Part shown: piece after piece, positions 57,626 to 64,000 of the stretch
How positions within the stretch are numbered: the first letter of the stretch is position 1
Layout: the number at the start of each line of letters is the position of its first letter
Assembly (NCBI GenBank): GCA_963785165.1
Contig: CAWAUI010000004.1
Location: 192,074-256,073 of the forward strand
From: Thermoanaerobaculaceae bacterium
Lineage (GTDB): Bacteria; Acidobacteriota; Thermoanaerobaculia; Multivoradales; UBA5704
Length of the DNA: 64,000 nucleotides
Direction: 5' to 3'
Notes under the pieces: model-generated
The model's database searches: none
What the model was told of the DNA's origin: nothing
Seen by the model: only the letters and a program-made list of their open reading frames with translations
Program-made: the position numbers and the translations under genes

Positions 57626-58603
57626 TTACCTGTACCGGATGTCCGTCACCTCGATCGCCTTGCCGCCGCAGCGCGAGCGGAGGCCGTCGCGGCCGACGAC
57701 CTGGGCGTGGCGGCCGTCCTGGAACCGGTTCAGGTCGCCCACGAGGTCGTAGTACTCGCCGCGGTCGCCGCGGATCACCGGGCAGTCACCGCTGTCGTCG
57801 AGACGGCCTTCGAGGACGATGGAGCGGCGGCCGTCCGGATCGTAGCCGTCGCGGTCGTACCGGTCGCGGTCATTGCGGTCGTAGCGGCCATCGCGGTCAC
57901 GGTCAGTGCCGTTGCGGTCGTACCGGCCGCCGTTGCGGCCATACCGTCCGCCGCTCCGGTCGTAGTACTCGCCGTCATAGCGCCGGTCGAAGAGCACCTG
58001 GCGGTGTCCGGTGTCGGCCCAGACCCGGTCGACGGTGGAGACCCGGAAGGCGGTGCCGCAGGACGTGTTGCTCTGGATACGGCCGGCGAGCAGGAGATGC
58101 TCACCCCGGCGCAGGTCGCCCGGGTTCCCCACCAGCGGGATCACCTGGCCGCTGTGATCGCGGACGATCACGCAGCCGTACTGCTGGTCGACGAAGGTGC
58201 CGTCGAGCTGAAAGACGGTGGAGCCGTACTTGGTGTACCGGCGGTTCCAGCCGTCCCAGGAGCGGCGGGCGCCGCGCTGCACGGGGACCGCCACCACCAC
58301 GGGCCGCTGGACCACGACCGTCCGCTGCACCGCCACGGGGCGCTGGACGACCACCGGGCGGACGACGGTCCGCTGCTGGACCACCACCCGCTTCTGCTTC
58401 TGCACCTTCACCTTCTCGACCTTGACCTTCTGGACCTTCACCTTCTGCTTGTCGTTGTGGTTCTTGTCCGCCTTGTCCGCCGCATGGGCCTTCCCATTCG
58501 CTGCCGGGGCGGCCATGCTCGCGGCGGGCAGGGCGAGCGCCGCGGAGAGGAGCAGGACGGGGATGAAGCCCTTCGCGAGATATCGGTTTGAATTGGTTTT
58601 CAT
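57626..58603 (-). CDS. Secreted low-complexity repeat protein with two copies of a small Cys-pair beta domain
   Basis: ATG 58603 after AGGAGG. Signal peptide. KVKVQKVKVEKVKVQKQK; (R/Q)(P/T)VVVQR x5; RYDRNG/RDRDG repeats. Duplicated domain G..(V/I)(V/L)..G.L.D...GC.VIR...G....LVG....G.....GR......CG.A..V. Confidence 0.6.
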   Translation of the reverse strand: MKTNSNRYLAKGFIPVLLLSAALALPAASMAAPAANGKAHAADKADKNHNDKQKVKVQKVKVEKVKVQKQKRVVVQQRTVVRPVVVQRPVAVQRTVVVQRPVVVAVPVQRGARRSWDGWNRRYTKYGSTVFQLDGTFVDQQYGCVIVRDHSGQVIPLVGNPGDLRRGEHLLLAGRIQSNTSCGTAFRVSTVDRVWADTGHRQVLFDRRYDGEYYDRSGGRYGRNGGRYDRNGTDRDRDGRYDRNDRDRYDRDGYDPDGRRSIVLEGRLDDSGDCPVIRGDRGEYYDLVGDLNRFQDGRHAQVVGRDGLRSRCGGKAIEVTDIRYR

Positions 58604-58827
58604 GGCTGTGCCTCCTGGCTGTCGGATCGGATTGAGGCCCGGTTGGCCTTTCTTCACTCGCCATCTCTTACTGCCAGATGCGTGCCATGCGCGATAACGG
58701 CTCGAAACAAAGGCGTTATCTGAGAAGCCCGGGCCGAGGGCCATAGAATCGTCCTCTCCAGGGGACGGATTCAGGAGACTCGGGCGCGAGAGCGCCGGCG
58801 TCCTCGATTCTGATAGCCTCCAAGGCC

Positions 58828-59682
58828 ATGACCGACGCCAACAAGAAGCTCATCCGCATCGCCCACAGTCCGGACTCGGACGATGCCTTCATGTTCTACG
58901 CCCTCACCCAGGGGATCCTCGACGTCGAGGGGCTGGAGATCAGCCACGTCCTGCAGGACATCGAGAGCCTCAATCAGGCGGCCTTCCAGGGCACCTACGA
59001 GATCACGGCCCTCTCCTTCCACGGCTACGCCCACCTGGCGGACCGCTACCAGATCATGCCCTCGGGCGCGAGCTTCGGAGACGGCTACGGCCCCGTCGTG
59101 GTCTCCCGCAATCCCTTGGGACGGGCGGACCTGCCGGGCCTCAAGGTGGTGATCCCCGGCGAGCTGACCACGGCCCACCTGGCTCTGCGCCTCTGGCAGC
59201 CGGCGGTGACCACGGAGATCGTCCCCTTCGACCGCATCCTGGACGTGGTGCAGAACGGCGAGGCGGACGCCGGCGTCGTCATCCACGAAGGGCAGCTCAC
59301 CTACGGCGACTTAGGGCTGCGCTGCGTGGTGGACCTGGGGGAGTGGTGGAAAGAGGACACCGGCCTCCCCCTGCCGCTCGGTTGCAACGGCATCCGGCGG
59401 GACATCGACGAGCCGCTCAAGCGGCGCCTCTGCCGCCTCCTCACCGAGAGCATCAACTACGGCCTCGACCACCGGGAGGAGGCTCTGGGCTACGCCGTGC
59501 GCTACGCCCGCGGCCTCGAGGACGACCCCGAGCGCTCCGACCGCTTCGTGGGCATGTACGTCAACGACTGGACGCGGGACTACGGCGAGGTGGGCCGCCG
59601 CGCCGTTCAGCTCCTTCTCGACCGCGGCCACGAGGCGGGCATCCTGCCGAAGCGGGTCCAAGCCGAGTTCATCGAGCCTTGA
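58828..59682 (+). CDS. MqnA/MqnD-family protein (futalosine-pathway menaquinone biosynthesis, periplasmic-binding-protein fold)
   Basis: 284 aa. IRIAHSPDSDDAFMFYAL... is typical of PF02621-type proteins. Confidence 0.65.
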   Translation: MTDANKKLIRIAHSPDSDDAFMFYALTQGILDVEGLEISHVLQDIESLNQAAFQGTYEITALSFHGYAHLADRYQIMPSGASFGDGYGPVVVSRNPLGRADLPGLKVVIPGELTTAHLALRLWQPAVTTEIVPFDRILDVVQNGEADAGVVIHEGQLTYGDLGLRCVVDLGEWWKEDTGLPLPLGCNGIRRDIDEPLKRRLCRLLTESINYGLDHREEALGYAVRYARGLEDDPERSDRFVGMYVNDWTRDYGEVGRRAVQLLLDRGHEAGILPKRVQAEFIEP

Positions 59683-60338
59683 AGCGTCCCGCCGCCCTCG
59701 TCTTCGATCTCGACGGGACGCTCATCGACTCCCGCCGCGACATCACCACCGCCATCAACCGCATGCGGGCGGACCTCTGCCTGCCGCCCCTGGCCCTGGA
59801 GCAGGTCGTGACGATGGTGGGGGAGGGCGTTCGCCTGCTCGTCGAGCGCGCCCTGGGCCCGGAATGCCCGCCGGAGCGGGTGGACCTGGCCCTGGAGCGC
59901 TATCTCGGTTACTACGGCGAGGTCTGTCTGGACGAGACCCGTCCCTACGCCGGAATCGAGGAGATGCTGGCGACGCTGGCCGGCACCTATCCCCTGGCCC
60001 TCCTGAGCAACAAGGGAGAGGCCTTCTCCCGCAAGATCCTGGACGGCCTGGGCCTCACCCACCACTTCCGCGAGATCCTGGGGGGAGACAGCCTTCCCAC
60101 CCGCAAGCCGGACCCCGCCGGTCTGAAAGCCGTGGCGGACCGCCTGGGAGTCCCCCTCCAAGACCTGATGCTGGTGGGAGATACCTGGGTGGACGCCGAG
60201 ACCGCCCGGAATGCCGGCTGCCCCTTCGCGCTCGTCGAATGGGGTTTTCCGCGTCCCCCCAAGCTGGATGACATCCGCGCCACCCTTCGTGCGTCCCGCG
60301 CCGAAGATTTGACGGCAGCGCTGAGCGCTCCCGCGTAA
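59679..60338 (+). CDS. HAD-superfamily hydrolase (phosphoglycolate-phosphatase-like)
   Basis: TTG 59679 overlaps the upstream stop. DxDGT motif VFDLDGTLIDS, LLSNK, VGDTWVD. Confidence 0.75.
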   Translation: MKRPAALVFDLDGTLIDSRRDITTAINRMRADLCLPPLALEQVVTMVGEGVRLLVERALGPECPPERVDLALERYLGYYGEVCLDETRPYAGIEEMLATLAGTYPLALLSNKGEAFSRKILDGLGLTHHFREILGGDSLPTRKPDPAGLKAVADRLGVPLQDLMLVGDTWVDAETARNAGCPFALVEWGFPRPPKLDDIRATLRASRAEDLTAALSAPA

Positions 60339-60469
60339 CCCGGCGGAATTCCCGCGGGTCTCCCCCCTCGCCCCGTCTGACCCGGCGGCGTTGCGCCGTC
60401 ACCCGGTATCGAATCCGCGCCTCCTGGCAGCGCCCGTGCGGTGCTCCCTCCGTTCCCGCGGGTCCGGCC

Positions 60470-60733
60470 CATACAATTTTACGAGTCCCCTATATAGCCG
60501 AGCGTCGTACCAGCGAGGGGAAGACACGCGGGAAGCTTCCCTGAAGGCTCTGCTATATAGTTTTGTGACTCCCCTATATGGCCCGGTGCCGCGTACAGAA
60601 TGGCCCGGTGCCGCGTACAGAAGGGGGAGAGGCGCGGATATATAGTTTTATTGCTCGGCCATATGGGGGCGGCCGCTACCCGTCTTCCCCGGTCACGCGG
60701 CTATATAGCCGAATCGTAAGGCTATATGGCCGC
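60470..60733. repeat. Array of four ~30-bp TATATAG-N13-14-CTATATGG units plus a perfect 22-bp tandem duplication
   Basis: Units near 60470-60499, 60553-60581, 60638-60668 and 60700-60731. TGGCCCGGTGCCGCGTACAGAA x2 at 60579-60622. Lies in a 440-bp convergent intergenic region. Locally AT-rich motifs in a GC-rich genome. Confidence 0.85.
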
Positions 60734-60782
60734 GAGGCTTGGCCCTGCGGGCTCAGGAACCAGATCCTTCGGGGCCATCCCC

Positions 60783-61654
60783 CTACTTCAGGTTCGCCTT
60801 CAGGAACGCCACCGTCTTCGGCCAGGCCTTCTGGGTGGCCTTGAGGTTCGCGCCCTCGCGGCCGTCCTGTGACGCAGGAAGCCGTGGCCGGCGCCGTCGT
60901 AGATGTTGGGCTCGTAGGTCTTCCCCAGCTTCTTCATCTCGGCCTCGGCCGGCGCGACGGTGGCGTTGACGCGGGCGTCGTCGCCGCCGTAGTGGCCGAG
61001 GACGGGGGCCTTGATCTTGGCGAGGTCGGCCGCTTCCGGCGAGGTGCCGTAGTAGACGACGGCGGCGTTCAGGCCGGGCTGGGTGGCGGCGTAGGCGAAG
61101 CTGCGGCCGCCGCCCCAGCAGAAGCCGATGGTGGCGGTCTTGCCGTTGGCGGCGGGGAGCTTGAGGGCGTAGTCGCGGACGGCGTTCAGGCGGGCCGTCG
61201 CGTCCTCGGGGGTGAGGGCGCGCACGAGCTTGGTCACGTCGTCGCGGCTCGCCGCGGAGTCGGTGCCGCCGCCGTTCGGTCCCGATCCCGGAGATCAGGT
61301 CGGGCGCCGACGGCGATGAAGCCGTCGTTGGCGAGCTGGTCGGCCGACGCCGCGGATCCAGTCCGAAAGGCCGTAGATCTCGTGGATGACGATGACGACG
61401 CCGGCCTTGTCCTTGCGCTCGGGATAGACGACCCAGGCCCGGATCGGGGTGCCGCCCGCGGGGGACTTGATGTCCACCCATTCGCCATGGCGGGGGGATT
61501 TCTCCAGCGCGCCCTTGGCCTCAGCCTCGCCGGGAGGGAGCTTCTCGTCGCGCAGGGCCGGGGCGGTGGCCGCCTTGGGAGCCTCGGCAGCAGGAGCTGC
61601 CGCGGGGGTCTGCGGGGTCATCAGGAGTGCGGTAAACAGGAGAGGTGCCCACAT
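60783..61654 (-). CDS. Dienelactone hydrolase family protein (secreted), 4 apparent frameshifts
   Basis: Signal peptide MWAPLLFTALLMT. VVIVIHEIYGLSDWIRGVADQLANDGFIAVAPDL, nucleophile region IGFCWGG, and ...GAGHGF.... Sequence continues across ORFs 61295..61654, 61234..61488, 60783..61481 and 60800..61237. Confidence 0.8.
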
Positions 61655-61746
61655 GTTCGGCCTCCAGGTAAGTTGTCCGCGCGGATTCTAATACGTCGCC
61701 CGGGCATTCCCGCTCAGGCTATCCTGTTGTCCCTGCGGGAACCGCC

Positions 61747-63602
61747 ATGTCAGACCAGCACGACCACCTCGCCCAACGCATCCGGGAGCTTCCCGACAAG
61801 CCCGGCATCTACATCTTCAAGGATGCGGCGGGGAAGGTGCTGTACGTCGGCAAGGCGAAGTCCTTGCGCAAGCGGGCGTCGTCCTACCTGACGCGGGACC
61901 ACGAGCCGAGGCTGGCTGCCATGGTGTTCGAGGCGGTGGACCTGGAGTTCGTGGTGACGGACTCGGAGTCCGAGGCGCTCCTGCTCGAAAACAACTGGAT
62001 CAAGCGGAAGCGCCCCCGGTACAACGTCTTGCTGCGGGACGACAAGACCTATCCCTATCTGAAGCTGACCCTTCAGGAGGAGTTCCCGCGGATCGCCTTC
62101 ACCCGGCGGATCCGCGACGACGGGGCGGAGTATTACGGCCCCTTCCTCCCCGGGGGGCTGGCCCGCAAGGCCATCAAGCTGGTCCAGAAGCTGTTCCAGA
62201 TCCGGGTCTGCCGGATCGAGATCGACGGCTCGCTGCCGCGCCCCTGCCTGTACTACGACATGCACCGCTGCCTCGGCCCCTGCTCCGCGGGGCTGACGAC
62301 CCAGGAGGCCTATGACGAGGCGGTGCGCCAGGCCCGGCTGTTCCTCTCGGGGCGGAACGACCAGCTCGTCAAGCAGCTCAAGAAGGAGATGGGGGAGGCC
62401 GCCGAGGAGATGGACTACGAGCGGGCGGCCCACATTCGCGACACCCTGCGGGAGGTGGAGGCGATCAGCCAGCGGCGCAAGCTGTCGTCGGTGGAGGATG
62501 AGGACCTGGACGTCTACGGCTTCCACATCTCCGGAGGCAACGCGGCCCTGGCGTCCCTCATCATGCGCGGCGGCCAGGTGCTGGACCGCCGGGAGCTGTT
62601 CTGGGAGCAGGTGGGGCAGATCACGCCGGAGCTTCTGCTCTCCGAGGTCTTGCCCCAGATCTACGACCGCACGACCTTCATCCCCAAGGAGGTCCACCTG
62701 CCGGTGGCGATCGAGGGCGAGGAGGCCCTGGCCGAGTGGCTGTGTGAGAAGAAGGGGGAGAAGGTCTACATCCGCATGCCCCACCGGGGTCCGAAGGCGG
62801 AGCGGGTGGCCCTCGCCATGCACAACGCCGAGCTCGCCCACAAGCGCCGCTTCCGCGGCGCTGAAAGTGGCTCCCGGGAGCCTCGGCGCTGGAGCGCCAC
62901 CTGGGGCTGGAGGAGCCGCCGCGGCGGATCGAGGGCTTCGACATCTCTCATTTTCAGGGGGGCGAGACGGTGGCCTCCATGGTGGTGTGGGAAGAGGGGC
63001 GGATGCGCAAGGGGGAGTACCGGAGCTTCAACATCAAGGACATCCGCCAGCCGGACGACTTCGCGTCCATGCACCAGGCGGTGGAGCGCCGCTACCGGCG
63101 GGTGCTGGAGGAGACCGGCGCCATGCCGGACCTGATCCTCATCGACGGCGGGCGCGGCCAGTTGAACGCGGCCCTGGCGGCGCTGGCGGAGCTGGGGGTG
63201 GAGGAGACGTCCATCGTCTCGCTGGCCAAGCGGGAGGAGGAGATCTACACGCCGGAGGCGCCCGTTCCCCTCCGGCTGGGGCGGGACGACGCCGGCCTGC
63301 GCCTCCTCCAGGAGATCCGCGACGAGTCGCACCGCTTCGCCGTCTCCCGTCACCGGGCCCGGCGGTCGGCGCGCACCCTCAAGAGCAAGCTGGACGAGCT
63401 GGCCGGGATCGGCCCCAGCCGCCGCAAGCTGCTGATCCAGACCTTCGGCAGCGTCCAGGGAGTCCGGGAGGCGAGCCTGGAGGCGATCCAGAAGGCGCTG
63501 GGGCCGGCGACGGGGCGGCGGATTTTCGCGCAGCTCCATGTGGAGGAGGGGGCTGGGGCGGACGGCCTTGATGTTACGATGACTCCATCGGAGACAGAAT
63601 GA
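61747..63602 (+). CDS. uvrC: Excinuclease ABC subunit C, apparent frameshift(s) near 62860-62960
   Basis: GIY-YIG domain (PGIYIFKDAAGKVLYVGKAKSLRKR), UVR domain, endonuclease domain (RIEGFDISHFQGGETVASMVVW) and C-terminal HhH. Confidence 0.92.
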
Positions 63603-63825
63603 ACCAGAATCATTCCTTGACCGGCATTATCGAGCGTGAAGGTGATGGCTACGTTGCCCTGTGTCCTGAGCTGGACGTCGCCAGCCAGGGCGACACGGTC
63701 GAGGAGGCGCGGCGCAATCTGGTGGAAGCCCTTGAGCTCTTTTCGAATGCGCTGATCCCTCAGAAGTCGAGGATCGGCTTCGCAACGAAGTCTTCGTCAC
63801 GAGGCTAGAGGTCAAGGTTGGGTAG
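63599..63825 (+). CDS. hicB: HicB-family antitoxin, apparent frameshift in the T-run near 63745
   Basis: LTGIIEREGDGYVALCPELDVASQGDTVEEARRNLVEALELF is the HicB/UPF0150 pattern. The frame-corrected tail reads ...ECADPSEVEDRLRNEVFVTRLEVKVG*. Confidence 0.7.
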
Positions 63826-64000
63826 ACTGCGCGTGCTTTCCGGTCGGGAGACCTGCCGGATTCTTGAACAGCATGGATTCAGTGAAGCTCGGCGGCGGGG
63901 GAGCCACGTCGTCATGCAGATGAGGACGGGAACTACGACGATCACCGTCCCCGTCCCCAATCATCCAGAGCTTCGAACCGGGACCTTGCTGTCGATCATC
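63818..64000 (+). CDS. hicA: HicA-family mRNA interferase toxin, 3'-truncated by the window edge
   Basis: TTG 63818 overlaps the hicB end. RVLSGRETCRILEQHGFSEARRRGSHVVMQ...TVPVPNHPELRTGTLLSII is the HicA pattern. Confidence 0.7.
   Translation, partial: MGRLRVLSGRETCRILEQHGFSEARRRGSHVVMQMRTGTTTITVPVPNHPELRTGTLLSII

Noticed and set aside
60470-60733. Possible CRISPR array
   Set aside because: The repeat units are diverged rather than identical. Spacing is irregular (about 62-86 bp). One of the would-be spacers is itself a tandem duplication. No cas genes are in the window.
1-64000. Mobile-element hallmarks (transposase, integrase, IS terminal repeats), rRNA, tRNA and prophage structural genes
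   Set aside because: None could be identified on either strand. The low-GC patch at 8236-9330 therefore cannot be called a mobile element.

Overview
GC-rich bacterial chromosomal segment. Its repeat families and gene content resemble Acidobacteriota or Myxococcota-type genomes, but taxonomy cannot be proven from this window. I support about 60 protein-coding genes and found no rRNA, tRNA, CRISPR array, transposase or integrase. Recognisable content: the tail of a CoxL-type molybdoenzyme gene; a MacA/MacB-type ABC exporter; four or five type II/VII toxin-antitoxin loci (MazEF, a Phd antitoxin with a VapC stub, MntA-HepT, HicBA, and a truncated CopG-like remnant); a YciI/ECF-sigma pair; a TAT-exported PAP2/vanadium-haloperoxidase-like enzyme; a ~1100-aa secreted HExxH metalloprotease; a SWIM-SNF2 helicase; PepT; an APC permease; a kdpFABC locus with a kinase-less KdpD; Hsp20 and Usp; a NarL-type two-component pair; a DUF2892/STAS/rhodanese group; UvrC. 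Unexplained items: (i) a basic protein built from 13 tandem W-anchored HTH-like modules; (ii) a cupin fused to a MetRS-like class I synthetase, preceded by a ~700-bp repeat-dense region; (iii) a family of short hairpin units at two loci whose stem sequences differ while pairing is kept; (iv) three small cysteine-rich ORFs next to the ABC exporter; (v) a low-GC patch with a palindrome array, gene remnants and an HNH-like ORF; (vi) a four-gene operon of uncharacterised secreted or envelope proteins; (vii) a 3 x 33-bp tandem repeat in a divergent promoter region. Caveat: at least 40 apparent frameshifts break otherwise conserved genes, and some are clustered. The assembly is therefore either indel-error-prone or parts of it (notably kdp) are decaying. 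I merged ORF-track fragments into single genes wherever the conserved protein sequence continues in another frame.
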